A stretch of 64,000 nucleotides of DNA from the human T2T-CHM13v2.0 reference genome, Homo sapiens (GCA_009914755.4 CP068257.2:31040001-31104000); one strand, 5' to 3'; counted from the first letter of the stretch, positions 36,245-55,565 are shown. The notes: generated by a model from the letters alone, not told the origin. Numbers and translations are program-made.

Positions 36245-36534
36245 GGAGGGAGAGATAGTAGGTAGAAATATAGAAAAACAAAAGTGTCCATGAGTTGATA
36301 TTATGGAGGCTAGGTGACATATGTAACAGTTACACTATTTCTCCAAATAAAATGTTAAAAAAATTATTACATTCTTTGAACTATTGGATAAATTCAGAAA
36401 GGAGAGAGATAACTCTGGCCAATTATCTTGAGACAGCCAGAAGCTACTGGAATTCTAAGGGATCAGAGAAGAACTTTTCTCTAATTACCCTAGACCAGGA
36501 GTGCATTAGCCAAAAGTTTAACAGACATTTGAAC

Positions 36535-36693
36535 TTTTTTTTTTTTCCCAGACAGGATCTCTCACTCTCACCCAAGCCTGAGTGCAGTGGCATGATCATA
36601 GCTCACTGTAACCTGAAACCCCTGGGCTCAAGCGATTCTCCCGCCTCAACCTCCCAAAGTGCTGGGATTATAAGTGTGAGCCATTGCACCTGA
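36535..36693 (-). mobile_element. Partial/internally deleted Alu (~160 bp)
   Basis: poly-T + CCCAGACAGGATCTCTCACTCTCACCCAAGCCTGAGTGCAGTGGCATGATCATAGCTCACTGTAACCTGAAACCCCTGGGCTCAAGCGATTCTCCCGCCTCAACCTCCCAAAGTGCTGGGATTATAAGTGTGAGCCATTGCACCTG. Confidence 0.8.
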
Positions 36694-37306
36694 TTGATTT
36701 GGACTTTTATAAACTTCAAAGGGACTTGTAAGTCCTACAATCTTTAGAATGGCCCCATAGCCCACACTTCCCAAGGCTCTCAAACACTCATCAAATAGTA
36801 AATATATAATAAATTAAGAAAGGAAAAGATTTAGTAATTCCAGAATGGAGGCCTTAGGAAGGGTAAATATTGTTATACCCTGCCATCAATGTTTTCCTTA
36901 TATTCTTCCTAAATAATTTAGTTTTAATATTCTAACTGTTGAAATGGAAACTATACTTGGAAAATAATAAGTTTGTTTTTGCTCATTATCACAGAAGTTA
37001 GGAAATATTTAAAACTATATAAAGCCATGAGGTAGTAATATCCTACAACTTAATTCAGATAACTCAACTCCTTCCTTATTTTAGTTTTGTGCATGTTTTC
37101 AAACTTCTTTTAACTGAACAAATTCATGCATGACTGAAGGGAGCCCCAACCTACAACTTTTCCTCGTTAAGCTACTGGAAGGTGACAAAAATAGAAACGG
37201 TAGAGGTGGTCTATTTATAGACTACAGAAAACACTCAGAGTATAAATATATCAATTGTTCTCTATCAAAATTTAACATATCAATTGTGCTCTATCATATT
37301 ATTTGA

Positions 37307-37633
<327 letters not shown>

Positions 37634-38574
37634 CAATGACTTATAATACTATGTCATGTGACATAACTGGCATTATTCAGCATTGTTGTATTACAACCTC
37701 GTTTCTCAAATTAGAATTTAAGGCAAATAATGAAGTATTAGGATCAAATATAAAAATTCAGATGAAGACATAATCATATACCTATTTCTTGATTTTCATG
37801 AGTTGTGGCTCTAAAAGAGAGGCTTGTTAAACATAACATAGTTGTCGCATGATAATCACACCTGCATTGCTAACTCCACATCTGAACAGAAAAGAAACAA
37901 AATTAACTTCTTATCCAAGAGCAATAGGTAACTTAAATGTCACTTTCATTTTACTTTAAAAGTATTTTCAGGATTAAATTTAAATGTAAATTTCTCCAAC
38001 TTCTGATGGATTATAATAATTTAAGCTAAATAATAAAGCCATCCAAATGAAGGGCCTACTATCCAATGTCAACATTCTGCTGTGGGTCAAACCTTGCAGT
38101 CTGAGAATACACTGTTCTTCCCCAGCTGATACAGAAGACTAAGCTAAAGAAGGTCAATAACAATGTAAAAATAAGACTGCATGTTAGAATGATCTCTCTA
38201 GAACCACAATTTGCCTGTGGTTGCATGCACTGCAGTTTGTGGTGAGCTTATTTGCATGCAGACAGCACTTTGGTATAGAACCAGAGAACCTCCTGTATGA
38301 GGATCCTAGAGATCATGTAATCCAAGCTTCTCATTTTCAGAAGAAAAAGAGTAGAGATTAGATCATTCATCCAAGATCACATAACTAGCTGGCAGTAAAG
38401 CTTCTTTCCATTTCATCATATATAAAGAGAAAAATTATTTTAAAAGGAAAAGGTTTCTCTTACAAAAGTAATTAAAATTCCAGCTGAAAGATATTAAACT
38501 ATCTAAATTAATGTCCTATTTAAACTTCACATTCCAATCTTGGTGACATTTAAGGAAAAAAAAAAAACTTTCAT

Positions 38575-38700
38575 TCACGCAAGAAGTATTTATTGAATGC
38601 CTACCATGCACCAGGCCCCTGGCAAGGTTCTAGGAATAAAAACAGTCAGTACCGTGACACCTTCTTAGGAATCAGATTAGGAAGACAGGAATTATATAAC
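38575..38700 (-). mobile_element. MIR-like SINE fragment
   Basis: GTATTTATTGAATGCCTACCATGCACCAGGCCCCTGGCAAGGTTCTAGG = reverse complement of MIR 3' core (..CAGTGCCTGGCACATAGTAGGTGCTCAATAAAT..). Confidence 0.5.
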
Positions 38701-39104
38701 CATACAAATGCAAAATTATAAATTATAGTAAGTACTATAATGGAGTTCTAACAGATTACAATGGGAGAACCTAATTTTAAATTGTTTGTTGGAGGAGGAC
38801 AATGATTAGAATAAACCTCACTGAGGAAGTGACCTTTATAGTGAGACAGGAAGGCTAGCCAAATAAACGGTGGAGATAAAAATGTTTCAGGCGACATACG
38901 TATATACTGTGATCCAGCAATTCCATTCCTAAGAATACAGCCAACAGAAATGTGTACATATATGTACCAAAAAACATGTACAAGGATGTTCATACTTGTG
39001 TCATTTATAATAGCAAAATTGGAAATAAAGCAAATGTCAACAAAACAGCTAAATATTTTAATATTCATAAAATGGACTACACTGCAACAAATATGAGTAA
39101 ACTA

Positions 39105-39830
39105 CTGCCACTTGCTACAACATGGATGATTTCCCATATGTCAACATGGATGATTTCCCATATGTCAACATGGATGATTTCCCATATATCAACATGGATG
39201 ATTTCCCATATGTCAACATGGATGATTTCCCATATGTCAACATGGATGATTTCCCATATGTCAACATGGATGATTTCCCATATGTCAACATGGATGATTT
39301 CCCATATATCAACATGGATGATTTCCCATGTCAACATGGATGATTTCCCATATGTCAACATGGATGATTTCCCATATATCAACATGGATGATTTCCCATA
39401 TGTCAACATGGATGATTTCCCATATGTCAACATGGATGATTTCCCATATGTCAACATGGATGATTTCCCATATATCAACATGGATGATTTCCCATATGTC
39501 AACATGGATGATTTCCCATATATCAACATGGATGATTTCCCATATATCAACATAGATGATTTCCCATATGTCAACATGGATGATTTCCCATATGTCAACA
39601 TGGATGATTTCCCATATGTCAACATGGATGATTTCCCATATGTCAACATGGATGATTTCCCATATATCAACATGGATGATTTCCCATATATCAACATGGA
39701 TGATTTCCCATATATCAACATGGATGATTTCCCATATATCAACATGGATGATTTCCCATATATCAACATGGATGATTTCCCATATGTCAACATGGATGAT
39801 TTCCCATATGTCAACATGGATGATTTCATT
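39105..39830. repeat. Minisatellite/VNTR: ~30 tandem copies of 24-bp unit CAACATGGATGATTTCCCATAT(G/A)T, one 20-bp truncated copy near 39316; in SYNJ1 intron 2
   Basis: Direct reading of near-identical 24-bp periods; two unit variants (ATGT/ATAT) interspersed. Confidence 0.95.
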
Positions 39831-41220
39831 GAGTGAAAGGAGCTAGATACCAAAGAATACACAGAGAATGACTCCATTTATGTTAAGCTGAAAAACACTT
39901 AAAACTATTCCATGATGTAAGAGGTCTGAATAGTGATTATCTTTGCAGATCATAATAAAGATAACTGGGAAGGAGCATGAGGGGATTATTCTCTGGAAAG
40001 CTCTCTGGTATGCTAGTAATAATGTTCTATTTCTCAACCCAGTTGTGGTAATAAGGGTATGTTCATTCTATAATAATATATCAAGCTGTATGTTTAAGAT
40101 TTATATACTTTTCTACATGTATTATAATTTAAAAAGCTTATTATTTTAAAAAAATACATTTGAGCAGACGGAACAGCATATGTAAAGACCCTGACGCCAG
40201 AAAGAATTTGGTACATTCAGAACTGAAAGGCGGCCAATGAGGTTAGAACATAGAAACCAAGAGGTAAAGTGGTAACAGGTTGAAGAGGGAAGCAGAAACT
40301 CGATTTTATTGTAGGTCATCTTAGAGTTTAGATTTTAACTTCAGTGGCCAATCACTGAAGAGTATTAGGCAGGGGATTAATAAGATCTAAACCATGTTTT
40401 TTAAAAGACTGGGGTGTAGGCGTGGTAAGTAGAAGCAGAGGGACCAGTTAAGGAGGGAATTGTAATGATCCATGAAAGAGACAACAGTGTCTTGATTGAA
40501 ACAGAGCCAGCTAAATGCAGGCAGTTGCATGGAATCTCAAGGAAATTAAGAGGAGGAATTGACTAGACTTGGTAATAGAGAGAATGTGTGAAATGTGAGG
40601 GGAAGAGGTGTTGAGGATGATTCTTAAGTTGTTTGAAACAACTTGGTAGATGGAGTGCAATCCATTGACATAAGGGAGACTGAAGGAAAGATCAGGTTTG
40701 AGGATATGCAGTGGTTGGTAAGACCATCAATACGGTACCTATTCCAACTCTTCCTCATTTGGTAGCCACCAAACAGTTTGTGATACTATGGAAATCACAG
40801 AAATTTCTACCTTCTTCTGCCAATGATCTACCTGATGCAAACAGCACATGATATCCCAACAGTCATTTTTGGTTCAGGAATACACAAACACTCAATCCGG
40901 TGCAAGGGGAAGTGCATTTTCCTTTTGTGGGTTCTAACCCATTATCTGAGTTTCAAAAAGCTGGATCTCAATTGTGTCATCCAACATAATTATTCAACCC
41001 AGCTCTCATCAATCCTACGTCACTTTGCCACAACTAAAAATCTGAAAACTGTACTTTCTACTCCATTCTCTAAGAGAATTGATAAAACTGGGAACAAGAT
41101 AGGCCAAAGATATATTCCCAATGCTAACCAAGGAAAGACAACTAATGAGCACTAAGGTACAACCAGCTAGAAATTTATTTAATTATAAGATTCTGGAATT
41201 TAAAAATAAAAACAAAAAGA

Positions 41221-41532
<312 letters not shown>

Positions 41533-42399
41533 TCATTCTACTTATAGTTCACACATGGTCCACAGGATATTAAATGATTTTGTTTATCTATATTTCAGCA
41601 ACACATTCAAGAGATTACAGCAATCCTATGGTCCACTAGTGAACAGAATGAAACATAACTCATAATAAATATTTATTGCTAAGAGCTAGTTATATAAGTA
41701 AACACACCTTTATATATAAAAAGTTAAATAAGACTATAATGAAATAGAAACACAAAATTTTAATAAGTACATTTAACATATAGAAATATTTAATGTTTTG
41801 AGACAATAAAGTTTTTTTTTAATTTTTTTCTTTTCACTGACTCAGTTGGCCCAGAATTATCCAGGAATTTCAAGGGTCTAAAATTTTTTCATTCTGAACT
41901 GAGGAAGTAATGAGTATCCAACCAAGAAGAATTTATATATCTCTCCAAATGCCAAATTTATTTTCTCCAAGTGCCAAATCATTCATCATTTGGTTCAGTA
42001 GCTATGAAATGCAACCCAATGTGAATGCATGTGCTCACATACGTAACACTACTGATCAGCAATGGCTTATATTTATAAACTCTATTTAAGCTGGAAAAAG
42101 ATAAAATACAAATTCTTATTAACAACCATTAAAACACTCAAAGCAAATTTTAATTGTCACCAGTAAAAATCATGCACAATTTTTAAAACTATACTTCCTT
42201 TTGATACTCTAACAAGGCTAAACAATTGCACTAGCCCATTCCACTCTTTATTGCTTCTTTCACTTTGTATGCTTCTTTCAAAATTTCACTGATTCAGACT
42301 TTATAATCTCAAAAGTTTTGAAAATGTTGGTATTGGATACTAAGAAAGGTAATACTACAATATTAAACTGCTAGTCATTATAATTAGCTCATATTTTTT

Positions 42400-44160
<1,761 letters not shown>

Positions 44161-45461
44161 TACGTATATTTTATAGGACAAGTTAGAACATCTGATAGAC
44201 CTGAGATGATGTAATAAAAAGCCACAGAGTTTTTACTATTCAGTGAGAGTGGAAGTTCTGCCTTTCCTTTTTATTTCCTCATAGCAAAGTTAAGTGGTGA
44301 AGAAATGAAAGCACTTAAGAACTAACTACTGGTTTGACCCTAGGTCAATCCTACTACCAACCCAGAATAAAAAAGTTTGGTTGATTTTCTTTTTAAAGAG
44401 TTGACATTTAAGTTACTTTCTATTAAATACGTACATTCCTCAGACTACAGGGGCACATAAAAAAAGAAAGAAAATAAATATGCACCTTCCAAAGGTATTT
44501 ATAAAAAGAAAATGAATTTTTGCAACCCTAACATAAAGTGATATATAACAAGTCTAAATTTCATGATTTCTCTGCTGAAAAAGTCAACTATAAAAAGTCA
44601 CTTCTTCCCTCAACTTGCAAATTTTTCTTTAAAAGAGACAGGACACTGCAACTTATCTAAAGGGCAATCATGTTGACAGCGTTTGGCAATTAAAAAAAAA
44701 AAACAAACTACACACACTGTTTGGCATTACCACCTACTATATTTATCCAAAAGTCTAGAACCTGACATTTAACTTGGCCCAGGAAAGAAACTTTGTTTTT
44801 AATGACTTTACTGTAAATTAAACCATACTTTCTCCTCTAATATATTAATATGTTAATAGTTTGTAGGGAAAAACACAAGTGTACAGTTCCCTCATTAGAA
44901 AATGCTACCAATTACACTCTTAACCTTAACGCCTTCCCTTATTTTTACACTTCATTCCCCACCCCTGAAAATAATAGCCACACAATATATGGTAATACAA
45001 TAGCCTCACAACAGCACAAACAATAATTACAGTAAAAAAAAATTAAATGGTAGGACTATGTCATTGGGGCAGTTATCTTTCCAATCCTCAGTTTCCAAAT
45101 CTCTGAAATGTGGATAAAAGCACAATCTGAACTGAATGAAATAAAGTGTGTCAAATGCCACATCTCCTGAACTGTGTGCTCAGATGCCCCACGGCACTAC
45201 AGCAAACTCCCAGGGAAGCTGCATATTTTAAACAGAAGGAAACACTGAGATTCTCAACACATGCTGGAAACCAGCCAAACTATTAACCTGAGGTGCTTGA
45301 GTTGTCATATTAGATTGCAGTGCATTCCTTGGATGATATATATTAGTGAAACCGGGTTTTTGCTGGTTGCTGTGATAAAAGCAAGTGTCACTTGAAAATC
45401 AATGTGGAACAGGAAATGAGGACGGCAGTGTACTCTGTTCCAAGGTTTGAAAAGCTATGCA

Positions 45462-45768
45462 GGCTGGGAGCAGTGGCTCACGCCCGTAATCCCAGCACTT
45501 TGGAAGGCCATGGTGGGCAGATCACCTGAGGTCAGGAGTTCGAGACCAGCCTGGCCAACATGGTGAAACCCCGTCTCTACTAAAAATACAAACATTAGCC
45601 AGGTGTGGTAGCGGGTGCCTGCAATCCCAGCTACTTGAGAGGCTGAGGCAGGAGAATTGCTTGAACCCGTAGGCAGAGGTTGCAGTGAGCCGAGACCGTG
45701 CCATTGCACTCCAACCTGGGTGACAAGAGTAAAACTCCATCTTAAAAAAAAAAAAAAAGAAAGAAAAA
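45462..45768 (+). mobile_element. Alu SINE (AluS-like), TSD GAAAAGCTAT
   Basis: GGCTGGGAGCAGTGGCTCACGCCCGTAATCCCAGCACTTTGGAAGGCCATGGTGGGCAGATCACCTGAGGTCAGGAGTTCGAGACCAGCCTGGCCAACATGGTGAAACCCCGTCTC... Confidence 0.9.
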
Positions 45769-45983
45769 GAAAAGCTATTTAGTGCTCAGTGCTCAACAAG
45801 CACACACATCTCATTAGTAAATTGTGGTTACTTATGAAGAAAATAAATGTTCTATTTTTTCTGCATTTTTTTTTTTGAACAGCTACAAAAGCTGTTGGGA
45901 CACAAATATTTTTTGGACCTAACTATTTAATAAACAGAACTATTAAGTATTGTTTGTGGCCTAGGGGTGTTGTGAAAAACTTA

Positions 45984-46315
<332 letters not shown>

Positions 46316-47426
46316 TCACCATAAAACAATGAAGTTTAAAAACCTCTGGCTTAATGTTGTGACTGGCAGAATAAGCTTCCAGTAAGTGGTAGCCATTATC
46401 ATTTCACTACGATTAGTCCTTTACGCAGTTTTATAGAAAAGAGAGGATATTTCATATTCTGTAATAAAGATCTCAGAATATCATCCTATAGTATTATGAC
46501 TTATATTGAGTATTATATATAGTATTATGACTTATGTTGTAAGAAAAAATTAGGTAGACAAAGAATCTCATAAGGACAACTTGGAGGAAAACCAGGTGCA
46601 GTGATATGGCCTTGCTATTTATAAAATGCATGATTTGAGTCCTAATCTGACTCAAATTATGCTACTTGAAAAGCCTGAAAGTAATCTTACCACTAGACAG
46701 ATAAAAGCAATTCATCCTTACTCCCATGCTAGCATGTAATATGGAAAAGAGCAAAAGCTTTAATTTTAAGAGTTAGGAATCCATGGCGCCACCTCACCTC
46801 CCCATCTTTTACGTAGAGGTCCATAACTTCTGTTTTTAGAGTTATCCTCCATTTCCCATATGTTGACCTTTTCTTTACTCCATCTTCTATTTAGGATATA
46901 ATTATGAAATGAATCATTCACTTTATTGAAGCCTGAGATGGGCTGTAAAATATTGAGATTGTGAATTTAATGCATGTATGTCAGACTGACAGCTTGTCCT
47001 TCTCCTGTGACAGTCTTTGTGTATGTGTGTGTAAACTGGAGAAAGACTAAGAACAATGAATTGTACACAAAGCTGAGAGACATCTTTTATCTCTTAATAA
47101 ATTGTTTCCAGGAAAAAAATATGTACCTGTTTATAACTTGCTAACCATCACACAAGCTGCTTAAACTGGTAGATGCAGCAAACTAGTCACAGAGCTCACC
47201 TGCTACACTGAACCACTATTCCAAAGACATCAAATTGCAATTTAATCAAACACTTGCTGTACAAATACTTTTCAAAACTGAGTAATGCTAAAAATGGGTA
47301 CACTCCTAAAAAACATATTAACTGTTATCTAAGGGTAAGAACTTTTTAGAAAGTGTTTTAAATAAATCAATGCAACAGAAGAAATAATAATGAAATTATT
47401 TTCTATTTTAAACAGGTAATTTTGAA

Positions 47427-47771
<345 letters not shown>

Positions 47772-47933
47772 TTATCATAGACATTTCAAATTGGCATTTC
47801 AGAAGAACCTTAATAATGTGGTTAACAGTTATTTCCAATAGGATTTGTCAATAACAAATCTAAATAATGTGTAATATACATCTTTTATATCAGCAGTTCA
47901 GTCAGATAACAATTCTCAAAAACATAGGAAATA

Positions 47934-48236
<303 letters not shown>

Positions 48237-48258
<22 letters not shown>

Positions 48259-48262
48259 TAAT
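48237..48262. repeat. (TA)13 dinucleotide microsatellite abutting Alu poly-A
   Basis: atatatatatatatatatatatatat. Confidence 0.9.
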
Positions 48263-48296
48263 GTATGCATGTATGTATATGAAATAAGTTTTATAG

Positions 48297-48595
48297 GGCT
48301 GGGCTTGGTGGCTCACGCCTATAATCCCAGCACTTTGGGAGGCCAAGGCAGGTGGATCACTTGAGTTCACGAGTTCAGATCAGCCTGGCCAACATGGTGA
48401 AGCCCCATCTCTACTAAAAATACAAAAATTAGCTGGGCATGTTGGTGTGCGCCTGTAGTCCCAGCTACTCAGGAAGCTGAGGCACGAGAATCACTTGAAC
48501 CCAGGAGGCGGAGGTTGCAGTGCACGGAGATCATACCACTGCACTCCAGCCTCAGTGACAGAACAAGACTCTGCTCAAAAAACAACAACAAAAAT
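48297..48595 (+). mobile_element. Alu SINE (AluS-like)
   Basis: GGCTGGGCTTGGTGGCTCACGCCTATAATCCCAGCACTTTGGGAGGCCAAGGCAGGTGGATCACTTGAGTTCACGAGTTCAGATCAGCCTGGCCAACATGGTGAAGCCCCATCTC... Confidence 0.9.
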
Positions 48596-49564
48596 TTACG
48601 GAAAAATATCTCTTATTTTCAAACATAATAACTGCATGTTTATCAACTTTGTAATCTAGGTTAGTCTTTCCCTTGCTGTCATTCATTTAATAATCACATT
48701 TTCTTCAAGTATGAGTAAAACACTACACTAAGCACTAAGACTGCAAATATTACTAAGACACACAGGCCTTTTCCTCAAGGAGTGCGGCATCCAGACACAG
48801 AACCTGAGCAGAATTCCATATGATATGAAGGCACTATACTCAAAGTGCTACAAGAGTATTAGCACTTGGTTCAGCCTGACAGTTTCAAGAAAACTACTTA
48901 GTAGCCCCATAAAAGACAACAGCACCAAAATTCTGGAAACATGGTTATTTTGGATAAAATCTGCAAGCCAAAAAAAAGCAATCCCCTAATCTATCATAGA
49001 AAGGCCTAAATACACTTTGCTCAGAAATGAGCATCACAATCTAATTATATCAGAATATCCAGGGGGCTAGAGCCCAGACAGTAGTATTTGTAAAAGCTGC
49101 CCAGGTGACTGTAACACTGATAATGTCATAACATCATGACTGATTTAAGCTTAGAATCCTATCGACATAAAGACAGAGTCTTGAGGCTGCATTAGTGAAC
49201 ACTTGGGTCCCTAAGGGGATCCATTGTATGAGACTATTTTCATTGTATTTTTACTTGCAATCTTTTGGTATGTGCTAATAGTATGAAAGACAAAATTTCA
49301 TGTTGGGTATCTCATGGCACTTCAGCAAAGGCCAAGAAAATTAAGTGATTGCTAATCCTCAACACTGTATGCTGACTAAAATGTCTGTTTAAAATTTACT
49401 TTTTAAAGTAAAGCCAGGGCAAGTAGAGACTTGAAATTAGGAACTTTGTGTACATAAAGACCAAGTCCTGCTAAGGTCACTTCCACCACCCCTTTCCAAG
49501 AAAAACACCTACATATGAGCATTTAGACAACAACAAAACCAGCACATAAGAAGTATGCGTCTTG

Positions 49565-49874
49565 GCTGCGAGCAGTGGCTCACGCCTGTAATCCCAATAC
49601 TTTGGGAGCCTGAGGCAGGTGGAAACCATGAACCCAGGAGTCTGAGATCAGCAGGGCAACATGAGGAAGCCCCCTATCTACAAAAAAATACGAAAAAAAT
49701 TATCTGGGCATAGTCGTGTGCGCCTGTAGTCCCAGCTACTCAGGAGGCTGAGGCAGGAGGATCAATTGAGCCCGGGAGTTCCAGGGAGTTCAATTACAGT
49801 GAGCTGTGATCATGCCACTGCACTCCAGCCTGGGTGACAGAACAAGACCATGTCTCAAAAAATAAAAGCAAAAA
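49565..49874 (+). mobile_element. Alu SINE (AluS/J-like), ~16-bp TSD AGAAGTATGC..CTTG
   Basis: GGCTGCGAGCAGTGGCTCACGCCTGTAATCCCAATACTTTGGGAGCCTGAGGCAGGTGGAAACCATGAACCCAGGAGTCTGAGATCAGCAGGGCAACATGAGGAAGCCCCCTATC... Confidence 0.85.
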
Positions 49875-50232
49875 AGAAGTATGCACCTTGTGATACAGAG
49901 TAAGTTCTAGAGAAATGAAGAGAAGGTAGAGATAAAGGTGAGCTGGAGTGGTTGGGGCAGAGTCTTATGAAGGAAGAAGACCTGAGTAGGACCTCGGTGG
50001 GACTGACAGGCTCAGATTAGAGAAGCAGCACTCTAGCTGTCTTGGAGGAAGAAGGTGTAAAAAGCAACAGTATGATGAAGCTGAAAAAAGCATGGTGCTT
50101 GGGAAGGCACTGAGGAAACACCAGATCTCCTTAAAGGAGATCAACACTGGACAAATGACAGGTTGAGGAGTACAAACTTAATCTTGGTGAAAAACAGGGT
50201 TACACTTTGCTTTAATATAAAAAATGATTTTA

Positions 50233-50679
<447 letters not shown>

Positions 50680-51856
50680 TTAAAGTGTGAAGATTTTAAG
50701 TGAACACTGTACAGCACAATACAAACCTTGGTATCACTCCAAAATGAAGGCCAAATTAATTTTAAAAGTTAAGAAGGTTTGTTAGCTCTTAAATATTAAT
50801 ATGTTAAGTATTACTGTAAAGCTTATAGTAGGAAAGATAATGACATTCCAAGAGATTAGACATCCATTTATGTTAGCTTTACAGAAAGAGTCAATATTCC
50901 AACATTTTTTTTCTGAATTGCTCACATAGTCTAAATCTAATGAAAATAGAATAGCTTAGACAATATTTTAATATTCTTTCTCCTTAGAATGCACATTAAT
51001 GCCAAAATAAATGTTTTAGGGCCTTTTGGTAAAAACAAACCATTATTTGGCATAAAAGACGGCTGCTGGAGGTTTTGGAAATATTATTATTCTTAGGTTT
51101 CCTAACCTTGGAGTAAAGTGTAGCAATAATTCTAAAAACTATAAGTAATACACAGTTTGTAGCTGAACATTTGACTTGCTATTATGAGTAATCATAATTA
51201 AAGAAACATTTAGAATTTATACAAGATTAGTAAGTCAGGTAACGTCACCAAAAAACACAAGCAGCTGAAAAATGCTTCCCATACAAAAACAAACATTCGC
51301 CCCACCCAACCCCCACAATATTTTAATTCAGAATTCATCAGTATAAGAATTCCACTTGTAGTAAAAAATATATGCAATGGAAATTAATACTGTACCAAGG
51401 TATAGTTTAAATACAAAAAACAACTTGAAGCAATTAAGTCCATACTGATTGAGTATAGCCAATATTATTTATACTTATTTCTTGGAAGACCTAGAGCCCC
51501 TTCTCCTTCATTCAAAAAATATATGTACCAAATATATATTTCTTATATACTGTTCTTTGCTTAAGACTTTTCATTATGTCACTATCTTTTTCCCCATCAA
51601 GATGCAATTATACTATTTAGTCAAGTTAACACTTTAACTGACATTAATATTCTACATGCAAAGAGTGAGGTCTTATGCTCTTCATTTATTGAAGCTGGAG
51701 AAAGCTTAGTAGTTTAAGATATTTAAGGGCTTATATTTGTAAGTATGCCTTTCAAACACTATTTTTAATTTATAAAGATATAATCAGTAACTAAACTAAT
51801 CCCAACACTAGGATTATTTGCCTAAATCATATATATGTGTATATATAATCATATAC

Positions 51857-52157
51857 TTTTTTTTCTTTTTAATTTTTGAAACAGGGTCTCACTGTGTTGC
51901 CCAAGCTGGAGCGCAGTGGCGAGATCAAGGCTCACTGCAGTCTCGACCTTCCAGACTCAATCAATCCGCCCACCTCAGCCTCCCAAGTAGCGGGGACTAA
52001 AGGGCACACGACGGAGCCGAACTACTTTTTGTATTTTTTGTACAGAAAGGGTTTCACCACGCTGCCCAGACTGGTCTCAAACTCCCCGCCTCAAGCGATC
52101 AGCCCCCCTTGGCCTCCCAAAGTGCTGGGACTACAGGCGTGAGCCCCCACACCTGGC
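51857..52157 (-). mobile_element. Alu SINE (AluJ-like)
   Basis: T-rich head + GAAACAGGGTCTCACTGTGTTGCCCAAGCTGGAGCGCAGTGGCGAGATCAAGGCTCACTGCAGTCTCGACCTTCCAGACTCAATCAATCCGCCCACCTCAGCCTCCCAAGTAGCGGGGACTAAAGG... Confidence 0.85.
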
Positions 52158-52790
52158 ATATCTTACATTAAGAAAGACCCAGTATCCAAATTAATTTTAA
52201 TTTCATCCATCTGCCCCTAAAATAACTCAAACATTACTAATCTATTTTTCTTGTGGTACAATAGTCCTTTTCTTTAAATTAGACTATCAAAATACTTTTA
52301 AAAATAATACAAAATCAATCATGTATCTCACATGAAAATCTAGAGGTTGTTTACAATTCCCTTAATGAAAACACAACGGCCATAACAGAAATACTCCAAC
52401 AATATTGGATAATATTAGATAATACCTACTACTATAACTGACCTACCAGTAAATATGTCAAGCAAGACACTGTATGGGTTTATGTGATACATGATACAAA
52501 CTGAAACAATATTTCTTTGGAAAAAACATTTACTTTTAGAAGCAGCAGCAGAACCCAAGAAAGCAAAATCCTGCAACCAAAACCTGCATCTCCCTGCACC
52601 CCCTCAACAAAAACCTGTTAACAAAAAGTTTGCAGGAAAATAAGTTTGATTAAAAGGAAATACAAGCATAATCTGCTAGAGGAAATACAGTGAAAGGGTT
52701 GTCGGGCTCTTTTCTAAAAAATGGTTGCATCTGAATTGTTTCAAATCAAAACAGAGACCATGACAAATTGGGCTCTAACAGATGACTTAC

Positions 52791-52936
52791 AGAGCACAGC
52801 GACAGCCCCAGACTCGAACATGAGACATTCTTCCTTATGCCTAGTTTCCACTATGAGGCTGAAAGGTGGGGGATCCAATTTGTGATAGATCCGGAATCCT
52901 TTACTGAACGCCATTCTCCTTTCTTCGGAGGCAGCC
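52791..52936 (-). CDS. SYNJ1: SYNJ1 exon 2; ATG of short isoform at 52914-52912 ([41 protein letters not shown], phase-1 end); upstream 22 nt coding only in long isoform; acceptor ttttcgcag| at 52937-52945
   Basis: ATGGCGTTCAGTAAAGGATTCCGG... on minus strand; donor CTCT|gtaagtcatc; polypyrimidine+AG acceptor upstream of ATG. Confidence 0.85.
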
Positions 52937-53299
52937 CTGCGAAAACCAAGCAAAGCAAAGCAAATGAAGCTGATGTTTCCTTCTGCAGCAAGGACTGCAA
53001 AGCATCCAAAAGTCCCTCCCCGCCAGGTTTTGATGGGGGGTTGGGGTGGGAAAAAACAGACAGCTCTGGGAGAAAATGGCTTTTTCCAAAAGATAAGTCG
53101 TCACTTAATTTTACCAAAAAGCAAGAGGAAAAGCTATCAATTCTCATACCAAGGCAAGACAAGGTTTTAGCACTGTAAGTCAATCAACGGTCTGGTTGAG
53201 TTTCCCGTTTAATTTATGCTTACTGAAAGGAAAAATTTTGAGCGTATTTCGTCCGGAGCTGTTTATCAGCTTCCTGCTTCAAGATCTGTCACTACGTTG

Positions 53300-54740
<1,441 letters not shown>

Positions 54741-55246
54741 GCTTTTGCCAACCGTGGAATTTAGTAACTAAAGGCACCTAACCCTTTTATCTCATCCTCA
54801 TTTTTCAACAAATGGTGCTTCCTGGCTAATATCAGCGTGTCCCATAGATTTCTGCTTCCATTGAATAGACCTAATAAGAAAGAGAATGAAGTCAAAGCCA
54901 ACAGGGCAGAAAGAAATTGAAAACCTGAAGAACCCAGCACTCAAACTGTCTCCACTTGCGTTTGCTTTTTCTTTACCTCTTCTCCTTCTGGTTTTCAACA
55001 GCCAAAGCAGGATTTAAATTTGGTTATGTTGCAAAAATCATTTCCCTCTTCAGGCCCTGTCATGTGACTTGATTTTTTCGTCCATTTTAGAGAAGCTGTA
55101 CCCACCCTGGTTTCAGGACACGGAACTAAATTTATTAGAAAAGAAGCCACTTCAAGTCATGAAGGAGAAACACAAAGATTCTTGGATTTAGTTCTAAGAA
55201 CTAGAGGGGATTTCTATGTCAGTACTGTCTCAGAAAAAACTGTTGA

Positions 55247-55565
<319 letters not shown>

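Noticed and set aside
39105-39830. Considered whether the regular 24-bp repeat array could be a CRISPR-like array
   Set aside because: No unique spacers between repeats (units are directly adjacent). Eukaryotic intronic context. It is a minisatellite.
38952-39877. Long ORFs on both strands (294 aa, 266 aa and nested ones) across the 24-bp tandem array
   Set aside because: Pure periodicity artefact of a 24-bp (multiple of 3) unit lacking stop codons. Low-complexity repeating peptides. Intronic location with no splice signals.
40823-41155. 110-aa plus-strand ORF in intron 2
   Set aside because: No homology recognisable, no splice signals, surrounded by repeats. It is antisense to the host gene.
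52915-52953. Apparent N-terminal extension [13 protein letters not shown] upstream of MAFSKGF in ORF-track entry 52741..52953
   Set aside because: Its first codon is TTG (bacterial alternative start), not ATG. The in-frame sequence upstream of the acceptor at 52936 is intronic in my model. The real extension comes from exon 1 by splicing.
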